DNA of 64,000 nucleotides from a virus (Duplodnaviria; Caudoviricetes): IMG/VR virus record IMGVR_UViG_3300042288_001626; one strand, 5' to 3'. Shown piece by piece: positions 26,569 to 34,711 of this stretch (position 1 is its first letter; each line of letters starts with the position of its first letter). The notes under the pieces were generated by a model. It saw only the letters and a program-made list of their open reading frames with translations, ran no database searches and was not told where the DNA came from. The position numbers and the translations under genes were made by a program.

Positions 26569-27068
26569 GCTCTAACATTTTTCCTTCTAAGATATTCTGC
26601 AATAAGCAGCCCGTCTGCGTCTTTCTTGATATCTAGAGACGGGAACAATCTTTTGCCTACGTCGAGACTGGCTTTCTTTAGTTCCTCACTGCCTTTTAAT
26701 CCTTTAGGCAGTAGCGATTTTTGCCACTCTTTACTGTCAATGTACTCGTAAGCCCATTGAGACTCTTCTAGCGCAATCAAGGTAGCCTCTAGAGCTCGAA
26801 TAGCACTCAGGGTAGCGTTAAACCTGGTACTGTTCACCATAGGGCGCTCAAGACCTACCTTTACCTCAATAGCGTCAAAGTCGCCCACGATCTCTCCAAA
26901 CAACAGAAGCAATTCAGGGTAATCTATCCTGGATATATTTTTTGCTTCTTTTGTATAGCTGAGTTCTTTTTTGATCGGGAGCTTATAGAGTTCAGCTCGT
27001 CCTGCCGTGTTTACAACACCTATACCGTTGTTGGTAACACCATTATCAATTCCTACATATATAGTCAT
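26565..27068 (-). CDS. RuvC-like Holliday junction resolvase
   Basis: VGIDNG, GLERP, WQK, DADGLLIAEY RNase H-fold acidic residues. Confidence 0.75.
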   Translation of the reverse strand: MTIYVGIDNGVTNNGIGVVNTAGRAELYKLPIKKELSYTKEAKNISRIDYPELLLLFGEIVGDFDAIEVKVGLERPMVNSTRFNATLSAIRALEATLIALEESQWAYEYIDSKEWQKSLLPKGLKGSEELKKASLDVGKRLFPSLDIKKDADGLLIAEYLRRKNVRA

Positions 27069-27106
27069 AAAAAAGGTGCGGCCGTATTGTTGTATACAGC
27101 CGCACT
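27069..27106 (-). terminator. intrinsic terminator abutting the RuvC-like start codon
   Basis: GTGCGGCTGTAT/ATACGGCCGCAC stem then TTTTTT-ATG. Confidence 0.65.
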
Positions 27107-27112
27107 ATAAGT

Positions 27113-27301
27113 TCAAATAAGTTTGCGCAGCAGGCTCATAACTTGTTCGAAGTTTTTATTCTTCGAATTTCTTGCCTCTAGATTGTTTTTCAACCAACGA
27201 AGATCGTCATTATGTTTGACGCTCTTACGGTGAAGAGGCAGGTCCATCTTAGCTATAAGCTTTTCTACTTCAATCAAACTTTGTTGATATTCAGAGCTCA
27301 T
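27113..27301 (-). CDS. hypothetical protein
   Basis: 62-aa ORF before terminator. Confidence 0.5.
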   Translation of the reverse strand: MSSEYQQSLIEVEKLIAKMDLPLHRKSVKHNDDLRWLKNNLEARNSKNKNFEQVMSLLRKLI

Positions 27302-27317
27302 TTAACTGACTAGTTAT

Positions 27318-27803
27318 TTAGCGCATGATTCCCAAGATTGCCAAATCATAGCTGCTTAGGCGTTCAAGAGCTTTTTCTACACCCTTACGGTAGCAGAAAG
27401 CGTCTTCGATCGAGCAATCACTGCTTGCACACACATAGTCTCCAGTCTTTGTTTTAGCTGTGATGTGTGTATATCCTCCCTTAGGATACAGAGCATAGGC
27501 TGGGTCTCTTCGATAAGAGGAGGGAACAACAATAAGCCTGTGGTACGTTTCTCCATCTTTTTTAATCATGTACTCTCCGTGAGGCAGATAATAGGCCCAC
27601 CGGAAATGCCTCACACGTACCTTGTTTCCTGCTTCCGCCAGCTGCGCAACAGAAATATGATTATTTGGAGCACAGACAGCTTTTGACGGCCTAGGCTTTG
27701 GTACCCAAACCCAATTGTTGCCTGTAGCAATTTCTGTTTTTGTTACTGTCCCGAGAACTTCGTTATATTCCCAGGTGTACAACTCACAATTTTTTTTACT
27801 CAT
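27318..27803 (-). CDS. hypothetical protein
   Basis: GGYT.I......A.S.CS.ED.F....G...AL.R pattern; start moved to ATG 27803. Confidence 0.55.
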   Translation of the reverse strand: MSKKNCELYTWEYNEVLGTVTKTEIATGNNWVWVPKPRPSKAVCAPNNHISVAQLAEAGNKVRVRHFRWAYYLPHGEYMIKKDGETYHRLIVVPSSYRRDPAYALYPKGGYTHITAKTKTGDYVCASSDCSIEDAFCYRKGVEKALERLSSYDLAILGIMR

Positions 27804-28998
27804 CGTTGTCTTTTGTTTGAGGATAATCGCTGAGGTCCAGCTCACTTCTCTTTTTACGTTTTGTTTTATTTACTTCTGCTATCTCTTCTTCCACCTCAGG
27901 AGGAGGCATGTCAGGAATACCGAAGGCTGTCCTGATTATTTCTTTTGCATGAGGACTGCTGTTGATGACTCTGCCGAGTTCATCCTCACGGTATTTCTTT
28001 CCTGTATCAATATGTCCTGTGGTTCCGTCAGAGTAGATCATTTCCACTCCTTCAGTACCCCAGTTGTACCAGCCGCCTGTTTTCTTCACAAGACCAGGAT
28101 AGTCTTTACCGAGCAAGCGAACAAGAGGACTGTACCAGTCAATACCTCCATTGATATAGATATCAAACTCAATCTTTTGACTGTTGCCCTCACGACCAAG
28201 CTTGTTGCGTTTTACGGTAAGGCTGTGTGTTGATCCAGCTTTCCTCTTAACTCCGTAGGCGTCTTCCTGCAGAATATCTGCTGTACGCGCAACCTTAAAC
28301 TGATATGTGCTGTTAAACCTCTGAGCTTCGCCGCCAATCAAGGCTTCAGGCTTCTCCTGCCCAAACCCTGTCATGCCTCCGATCTGCTCTTTTAACTGGT
28401 TTGTCGCTACAAAAACCATATTCTCACACTCTAGGTGCGGAATAATATTTCTGTAGAAAGCACTCATCAACTTAGCATGCTCGCCTACTTTTGTTTGACC
28501 GATGACTTCCTGATCCTGCTCATACTCTGTGCTGCCGCCAGCTATACTATCCAGAGCAACAAGAATCGGCGTTTTGCCGTCACTGAACTTGGCATAGTTT
28601 TCAATTGTGATTTTACACAAAGTAAGAGCTTCTTCAAGACTCTTGGGATTGTGATATATCACTCCTGTAGGATCGACTCCTTGAAGCTCCATATAGCGGA
28701 AGTCTGGAGCGTTCTCGGTCTCGATCCAAAACATCTTGCCTCCAGCCTTCTGAAAAACCTTGGCCAGATCGAACAGCAATGTTGTTTTAGAGCAACCTTT
28801 CTTACCGTATAGAAGGTAGCACCGACCGTACGCCATGAAGCGCCGGTCGAGTGCATATTCCATCAGAGGGTTATCTACGACAATACCAGTAGGAGGAAGC
28901 TCCTTGTCTACTGTATTCAACTCGAGGTTAACCGCCTCAGATTTGAATGTCTTGCCGAAGTTTTTTTTGATGCTACCTATATATGATTCGAAGTCCAT
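27796..28998 (-). CDS. recA: RecA/UvsX-like recombinase
   Basis: PTG, GR...LYG..G.SKTT, WIETE, LDSIA, TNQL, GG....F.S, VKRNK. Confidence 0.9.
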   Translation of the reverse strand: MDFESYIGSIKKNFGKTFKSEAVNLELNTVDKELPPTGIVVDNPLMEYALDRRFMAYGRCYLLYGKKGCSKTTLLFDLAKVFQKAGGKMFWIETENAPDFRYMELQGVDPTGVIYHNPKSLEEALTLCKITIENYAKFSDGKTPILVALDSIAGGSTEYEQDQEVIGQTKVGEHAKLMSAFYRNIIPHLECENMVFVATNQLKEQIGGMTGFGQEKPEALIGGEAQRFNSTYQFKVARTADILQEDAYGVKRKAGSTHSLTVKRNKLGREGNSQKIEFDIYINGGIDWYSPLVRLLGKDYPGLVKKTGGWYNWGTEGVEMIYSDGTTGHIDTGKKYREDELGRVINSSPHAKEIIRTAFGIPDMPPPEVEEEIAEVNKTKRKKRSELDLSDYPQTKDNDE

Positions 28999-29003
28999 TT
29001 ATT

Positions 29004-30068
29004 TTAGTTTTCGTTAATGAAGCGTAGTGCTTCTTCCCTAGACATACGCCCAGCCGCCATAGGGTTTGGAGGGAGCGCAGCCAGGTTTACTGCAGGAGCT
29101 GCAACAGGAACATTAACTGCTGCTACAGGAGCAGCCACAGGCACAGTTGAGCTAGTTGGTGTTTGAGCTATGACAGCCCTAGGAATATTCATAACTTTAG
29201 GAATCTGTGGTTTGGCTACAGGCTCATCATGCATGGGGATATCATCATCGTCATGCTCATCATAGTTTGCAGGTTTCCTGGGAGCTGAAACATTCGATTT
29301 CGTAAGACCGGGATAACCGTTCATACAATTATCAAAAACTTCAGTGCTGAACATTTCGCGAAGCTTCGCAATAATCTCATCCTTAGTTTTGATGGTGAAG
29401 ATATCATCCAGGTTATAGAGATAGTCACTGTCAGCGAGTTCTCTAGGTAGTTGTGAAGGTTCATCATTTTCTACCTGAATCATCCACGGATTTGCGCTGT
29501 TTTCTTTGAGCTTAACGAAAACAGGCAAGCAACGGTCTGGATCATTGATCGGAAGCCTTGCCCGTCCGGAGCGGTCTTTGCTATCAAGCCAGTTCATGAG
29601 AATGTCTGCACCGTTCCGCAATGGAAGGTCCAATACATGGGCTCCTGTGGCGAGATTTTCTGAGAACGCTACGTTGTATACGACACGGTCAGTCACACGC
29701 CCATAGCTTGGATACTTTTTAAACTTCTTCCCATTGACTTCCTGGTCGGTAACCTTGGACTCTTCATTGTACAGCACGCGGAAGTTGTTCGCGAAGTACT
29801 CGGCAGGGTCTGCTGCCCTGTTAGGTACATAATACTTTTCCTTGAAGTTGGTACCAAAATTATCGCGAACAGAGATTTTTTTGAACCAGACACCATTACC
29901 TGCAGAGTCAGCCCTGTAAGCAGGCAAGAAGAACAGATACGCGCCCTCAGGATTTGTGGTTTTGTTGAATACAGCTTTGCGTACACCTTCCTTGATGTAT
30001 GGGGTGCTGGAGAACGTGAGGTTGAGCTCACTGCCTTCGAACTTAAGAGACGGTTTGATAATTGCCAT
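29004..30068 (-). CDS. single-stranded DNA-binding protein (T4 gp32-like)
   Basis: FFLP, P.....P..Y, aromatic OB-like core, low-complexity Pro/Ala C-terminal linker; directly upstream of recA. Confidence 0.65.
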   Translation of the reverse strand: MAIIKPSLKFEGSELNLTFSSTPYIKEGVRKAVFNKTTNPEGAYLFFLPAYRADSAGNGVWFKKISVRDNFGTNFKEKYYVPNRAADPAEYFANNFRVLYNEESKVTDQEVNGKKFKKYPSYGRVTDRVVYNVAFSENLATGAHVLDLPLRNGADILMNWLDSKDRSGRARLPINDPDRCLPVFVKLKENSANPWMIQVENDEPSQLPRELADSDYLYNLDDIFTIKTKDEIIAKLREMFSTEVFDNCMNGYPGLTKSNVSAPRKPANYDEHDDDDIPMHDEPVAKPQIPKVMNIPRAVIAQTPTSSTVPVAAPVAAVNVPVAAPAVNLAALPPNPMAAGRMSREEALRFINEN

Positions 30069-30117
30069 AATAGTTTAATTAGTGTGTTAGTGTATTTTGT
30101 TTTTTTTGATTTCTTGT

Positions 30118-30714
30118 CTAGATCATGAACAAATTTTTAAACGTGGTATGCCCACGAAGCTTGTTCAAAAATGTCTGTACCATCATACCTGCCACAATAG
30201 TAGGTAGTGTGTGGCTGATATTTTCTGTCTTCTCATAAGCTAAGAGACACCCAGCTTCCTCTTTACTGTCGTTAATATATGGAAGCAGCTGTTCTTTTGG
30301 AATGTCGCTGTTGAACAAACAACCTTGCCTACTTGTACACCTTCCGTCAATCCAGAACAACCCGCTGTCTTTTTTATTCCAGCCATACTCATACAGTGCC
30401 TTACGAAAGGTCATGCTGTCAACACAGCAAAAGATCAAATCGTAGTTTTTAAAGTCACTCTCGGTCATTCTTCTTTTGTGTCCGTTGACAACGTACTTAT
30501 CTTCAAGAACTTCTACTTTGTACTTACCGATATCATCGAGCTTAAAATTTTGATGAAGTAGGTTCTTTACATCTACCGTGTCGTCGTCAAATAGGTCAAC
30601 AACAATATCCGCATAATTGAACTGCTTGCGATTAAAGCCATAGTCGAAAAAGATGGCTAGAAGGTTGCTACCGATGCCTCCTGCCCCAGCGATTGCTACT
30701 TTTTTCACGTTCAT
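30118..30714 (-). CDS. ThiF/MoeB/E1-family adenylyltransferase (ubiquitin-like activating enzyme), minimal
   Basis: IAGAGGIGS Rossmann motif, DDDTVDVKNLLHQ, IGKYKV, CVDS, WIDGR, Cys156 in EAGCLL. Confidence 0.92.
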   Translation of the reverse strand: MNVKKVAIAGAGGIGSNLLAIFFDYGFNRKQFNYADIVVDLFDDDTVDVKNLLHQNFKLDDIGKYKVEVLEDKYVVNGHKRRMTESDFKNYDLIFCCVDSMTFRKALYEYGWNKKDSGLFWIDGRCTSRQGCLFNSDIPKEQLLPYINDSKEEAGCLLAYEKTENISHTLPTIVAGMMVQTFLNKLRGHTTFKNLFMI

Positions 30715-30721
30715 GTTGATA

Positions 30722-31150
30722 TTACTTTGACTGACTTGTGCTCAGAACCGTATCGAGACTGGTATATGTGGCTACAGATTGCTCATTTCTCCAGGTAGAA
30801 TATGAGAACGTTTTGGTTGCTGCCGAATAAATAACGTTGTGTTTGAATCCTCTAAACAACACAGTAAGGTCTAGCTGGCTGGGGGTGGCAGAGAAGGATG
30901 GATGCGTATGGAAACTAGCAAACAGTCTCCATCCTTCTCTGATGCGTTCAATTATCTTTTCTCCCAACTCTGCTCGATTAGCAACATACAGCCCGATTGC
31001 TGTATGTGTTCCTGCGTGGTCGTTTCTTAGAGGCACAAAAAGGAAGCTGTCGTCCTTCTCTAAAATCACGCCTCCTTTCTCCTCATCAGAACCTCCGCAA
31101 ATCTCCGCAGCCTCTAGTATAACTCTAGAGAAGTTGATTGAAGACATCAT
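30722..31150 (-). CDS. JAB/MPN+ (JAMM) metalloprotease
   Basis: EEKGG catalytic Glu and exact HxH-x7-S-x2-D: HTHPSFSATPSQLD. Confidence 0.9.
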   Translation of the reverse strand: MMSSINFSRVILEAAEICGGSDEEKGGVILEKDDSFLFVPLRNDHAGTHTAIGLYVANRAELGEKIIERIREGWRLFASFHTHPSFSATPSQLDLTVLFRGFKHNVIYSAATKTFSYSTWRNEQSVATYTSLDTVLSTSQSK

Positions 31151-31821
31151 ACCGATTTGATGGTGTTGTATATCTCTTCAAGCGCGTCAAGCGTATTCAG
31201 AAAATAAGCTTCGGCCTCGTCAGAATTCTCTTGAGCTAGCTTGTAGTAAGGCACGTTCGAAATCACATGGTGAATGCTTAGCATGCGGGCAACTTCCTGC
31301 AGATTTTCGGGGTGACTCAGGCTTCCACAAGCCCACCTTTTCGCTATATCGAAGTGATTAGAGTCCTTCAACCTGCCTGTGGCTGCTGGTGAGTAAAAGG
31401 CAGAAAAGAAAGGGAACCCGTACCTGGCTCCTTTACGTGCAAGCAAAGGATATATAAATTTTTCTCCTCTGAATGTGATCGTGTCTGTCCAGGGGTCGTT
31501 TGGATCCTCGTTACTCTTGAGGTTGTCATGCAACCACTCAAAAATATCGTGTTCGTCTTCCACAAGGGCATCACCCCCATACAAACCCACTATCCGCTGC
31601 GTGCCTGTCTCTAGATTTGTGAGACCTACAGCGCAGACTTCACAGGTATTGTCGTTAAACTGTGCCTCAGAAATATATTTATTTTTTTTCTTTTCAATAT
31701 CTTCAGCGATCTTAGCAGGATCTTTTAAATTTGATGCAGCTTTAAAATCAGGAGCTTTCGCAAGCAACTCAGTAAGAGTGAGTGGCTGAGTTTCGATATG
31801 GATAATGTATGTCTTTTTCAT
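31147..31821 (-). CDS. DnaQ/PolB-exo-like 3'-5' exonuclease fold, catalytically degenerate
   Basis: ExoI DIET appears as HIET; ExoII NG..FD as RGEKFI; ExoIII Y...D as YFLNT. Confidence 0.6.
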   Translation of the reverse strand: MKKTYIIHIETQPLTLTELLAKAPDFKAASNLKDPAKIAEDIEKKKNKYISEAQFNDNTCEVCAVGLTNLETGTQRIVGLYGGDALVEDEHDIFEWLHDNLKSNEDPNDPWTDTITFRGEKFIYPLLARKGARYGFPFFSAFYSPAATGRLKDSNHFDIAKRWACGSLSHPENLQEVARMLSIHHVISNVPYYKLAQENSDEAEAYFLNTLDALEEIYNTIKSV

Positions 31822-31824
31822 GTG

Positions 31825-33882
31825 TTATCGGGCTAGTACGTTGTCTACAATGTTTTCTAGGTTTACTGTGTTGTCTCTGTCAGGAGTATAGTTATGTGCG
31901 TTTTCGTATTGAGGTTGAGCCACACCTTTTAGTGTAGAGATAGATTCCTGCATCACGCTGTCATTCTTCAGTGCCAGTAGTCGAGTGGCTACATCGTCAT
32001 AGCCTGCACCTTCATAGTGTCTATCATTTACAATGCAGCGATATTGTTTTGTATCAAAGTCATAAACTTTAGCGTTTTCAATAACCACAGCATAAGTTCG
32101 CAGTGCGCCTGTAACCTTGTACGCAGGCTTGCCCATGAAATCTACCCGTTCAGCTTTGGTTAGATCTACTGCGGTTTGCAAGAACTGCTTGCTTCTCTCG
32201 ATAGCTTCATTCTTTACCTTGTTTACAACCTCGAGCAGAGCCACAATGTCTTGTTTCGTAATCAGCGTCTCCTTGTGGTTAGTCTTCGTTCCATCCTCAG
32301 CAACACGCTCGACTTCGAATGTGGTGCATGATAGCAACGCGTCGACAACTTCTTCTGCTGCCCATGTATCGTTTCTGTACCCTGTCCTGTATACCCCGGC
32401 AGCGTTGTGTCTGGAATACCAGCGACCGTCGGTTTTCTTGTTAATCGTGTCTACACGCTGTATCAATCTGCCCAGGTTTACACGAACTAGTCGATTATCG
32501 CTGATCTCCAGCTTTACTCGCTTGTCTTCTGAGTCGATCCTAAACTTTATCGCAGGGGCACCATTCCCTGGAGTGGATTCTCTCAACTCATTCGAAGTCA
32601 TGTTATGAATCTTTACCTTCAAACCATTGGCGATAATGTCGTGGTATTTGAGACTCATCCGGCTGATAGACTTTAAGAATAGCTTGTACTCTTTCTCGTC
32701 GTGGTGACAGCTAGCCCTGTAGATAGCTTGAGCAATCTCATCTTTATTTATTCTCACCTTGTTGATATACCTTTGCCCTGTGTCCGAAACAGAAACAGAT
32801 ATGGGTATACCGTTGATCGAGACTTCTGGAAGAGTGCCTATCACTTGCTCATCTACTCGAGCATGTGATACCCTGTCTGCTTCAGAGTCTACGTCCCTTT
32901 GTAAAGACGCAGCTAGGATATTTGCAATAGTATAAATGTCAAACTCGCCGTTAAAGTTAAGCATGTTGTACAGCAACGACAGCAAGCCAGGGCTGACGAT
33001 ATGTACCTGTTCGTAAGTAGCACTGGTTTTCGACAGAGTGATGTTCTGAATTGTAGTCTTTTCGATCTCGTTGTTTAGCAGCTTACCAAGCACCAGCAGG
33101 GTGGTATTTTTCTTGTAGTCGCTATCAATTAAAGCAGATATCGGAGAGTACTTTAACTTATTAGCCTCAGACAGCTTCTTATTCATTCTGAGTCTGATCA
33201 TTTCGGCATCATAAACATTGATGAAGCAAGAGTTTTTAAGAAAAGACGTCAGTTCAGGCTGAAGCTTACACATAGCAAAGACGTGCGCGGTATTGATGTC
33301 ATAAGCATTAGCTACGACATGTAACGTCTCGTCCTTTTTGAGTTTGTTCTTGTGAGGAATACTCATCAAGAAAAACCCCTGATCCAGATAGTCGTATATG
33401 TCCTCTTCGCTGTGCGCTACAACAGCTGTCTCTACGCTGGCTGAGTTGTCGGCGAACTTTGTTACCAGTCTGTATGTTTTACCAGAGTCGGTATACTCTA
33501 CAGGAACGTTTGCGATAACTAGAGGTCTGTATTCACTGGAAATGTCTTCCGGAATAAGTTTTAGAGTTTTAAATGTTTTTGGATCGTCCTTCATAATGCC
33601 TCTGGCTGTAATATGAGCAGCCTGACAGGCGTTATTAAACGCCTCTGAAGCACTGAATGGAACAGGTACACTCAATCCTGAGGTAGGAACATTTATTAGT
33701 TTTGAGCATGCATGAAACTTGCTGCAGTTTTTAAACTTGAGCTGACTATACTTTAATGAATATACCCAGCTCCAATTTGGTCCGTGGGTAGATGAAATTT
33801 GAATATTGCCTGAGGCTACGTTTTTTGAAACCTCGAGAAACTTCTTGGTGATGTTCTTAAATTCAGCGACGGAAAGATTCAT
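31825..33882 (-). CDS. 685-aa unknown protein in Ubl operon; candidate E2-like C-terminal domain
   Basis: No known full-length family recognised; C-terminal helix/beta-meander/YRCIV (Cys616)/two helices. Confidence 0.6.
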   Translation of the reverse strand: MNLSVAEFKNITKKFLEVSKNVASGNIQISSTHGPNWSWVYSLKYSQLKFKNCSKFHACSKLINVPTSGLSVPVPFSASEAFNNACQAAHITARGIMKDDPKTFKTLKLIPEDISSEYRPLVIANVPVEYTDSGKTYRLVTKFADNSASVETAVVAHSEEDIYDYLDQGFFLMSIPHKNKLKKDETLHVVANAYDINTAHVFAMCKLQPELTSFLKNSCFINVYDAEMIRLRMNKKLSEANKLKYSPISALIDSDYKKNTTLLVLGKLLNNEIEKTTIQNITLSKTSATYEQVHIVSPGLLSLLYNMLNFNGEFDIYTIANILAASLQRDVDSEADRVSHARVDEQVIGTLPEVSINGIPISVSVSDTGQRYINKVRINKDEIAQAIYRASCHHDEKEYKLFLKSISRMSLKYHDIIANGLKVKIHNMTSNELRESTPGNGAPAIKFRIDSEDKRVKLEISDNRLVRVNLGRLIQRVDTINKKTDGRWYSRHNAAGVYRTGYRNDTWAAEEVVDALLSCTTFEVERVAEDGTKTNHKETLITKQDIVALLEVVNKVKNEAIERSKQFLQTAVDLTKAERVDFMGKPAYKVTGALRTYAVVIENAKVYDFDTKQYRCIVNDRHYEGAGYDDVATRLLALKNDSVMQESISTLKGVAQPQYENAHNYTPDRDNTVNLENIVDNVLAR

Positions 33883-33889
33883 GGTGTTT

Positions 33890-33929
33890 AAAAAAAGAAA
33901 CCCTCCAGAGCACGTGGCCCTGGAGGGTT
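33890..33929 (-). terminator. intrinsic terminator directly after the Ubl gene
   Basis: AACCCTCCAG/CTGGAGGGTT 10-bp stem followed by TCTTTTTTT. Confidence 0.8.
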
Positions 33930-33956
33930 ATGGTTAAACCTGCGTGAGCGAGTCGA

Positions 33957-34292
33957 CTAGTTCAGCAGACCCCCGCCCATCACAACACCAGTGAGCATTA
34001 CCTGTGCTGCAGGGTTGTTAACAAGCGCCTGACGCAGCTTTTGCTGATTGGCTTCTGTGCGTACATTGCTTCCTTCGAACTGGAACGGAGTGCCGTTGAT
34101 GTACACCCAATGCGCCTTCTTTTCCACACGGTCAAGAATGTTTTCCGTGGCTTGTTCCATGGAAAGATCTGCAAGAGTGGTGTGGCCTGTGGAATCTGCG
34201 ATTTCTACTTTGTAGTTGTTCATGATAATAGAGGAGGTTGCTTCGATAGAGGTGGAGTTGTTGATTTCGGAGGAGATGATGTTGTTGTTCAT
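33957..34292 (-). CDS. ubiquitin-like (ThiS/MoaD beta-grasp) protein precursor ending GGG-LLN
   Basis: YKVEIAD beta1, WVYING, C-terminal VMLTGVVMGGG like ThiS/MoaD V.I.P.V.GG, plus 3-4 residue tail; co-operonic with JAB and E1. Confidence 0.78.
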   Translation of the reverse strand: MNNNIISSEINNSTSIEATSSIIMNNYKVEIADSTGHTTLADLSMEQATENILDRVEKKAHWVYINGTPFQFEGSNVRTEANQQKLRQALVNNPAAQVMLTGVVMGGGLLN

Positions 34293-34326
34293 TGCTGTTT
34301 TTTTGTTTTGGTTTGTTACTCTACAC

Positions 34327-34659
34327 TTACTCAGGTAAAACTACCATATCAGTGATAAACTCACTCTCTGGAATCGGAACTAATCTAATAAGGGTACCAG
34401 TTTCCTCATCATAATGCTCTATTGGCTTCATAACGGTCATACCCTCTTCAGCTGCTTGAGCTGCGCTTAATTGTTGCTGCCTTAATAGATCCTGATCTCC
34501 TGTCAGAGGAATAACATTCTCGGAAGGTTTTAAAAACGGATCATAGACAGCCACAGACTCATACACCTCTACAGTCGTATCGGTTTGTGTATCTAAAACA
34601 CTTTCAATTGAGGCTTCTACTGTAATGCTTGTATCTTTGTTTGGTGTTGAGTCGCTCAT
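34327..34659 (-). CDS. acidic hypothetical protein upstream of Ubl
   Basis: 110-aa ORF, T/E/V/D-rich. Confidence 0.55.
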   Translation of the reverse strand: MSDSTPNKDTSITVEASIESVLDTQTDTTVEVYESVAVYDPFLKPSENVIPLTGDQDLLRQQQLSAAQAAEEGMTVMKPIEHYDEETGTLIRLVPIPESEFITDMVVLPE

Positions 34660-34711
34660 AATTATCTAATTTTTAATAAAAAATGTTCTGAGGGGAAAAA
34701 CTATTCTATAT

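Noticed and set aside
30722-34292. Interpretation as a lambda-type tail-tip gpK (JAB) / gpI (Ubl) pair
   Set aside because: No tail genes nearby, no NlpC/P60 fusion, an E1 is present and the context is replication genes.
30118-34292. Interpretation as thiamine/molybdopterin biosynthesis (ThiS-ThiF, MoaD-MoeB)
   Set aside because: No thiG/thiO/moaE/moaA/cysM/thiI in the window and the E1 lacks the Zn-binding CxxC pairs; disfavoured but not excluded, since the rest of the genome is unseen.
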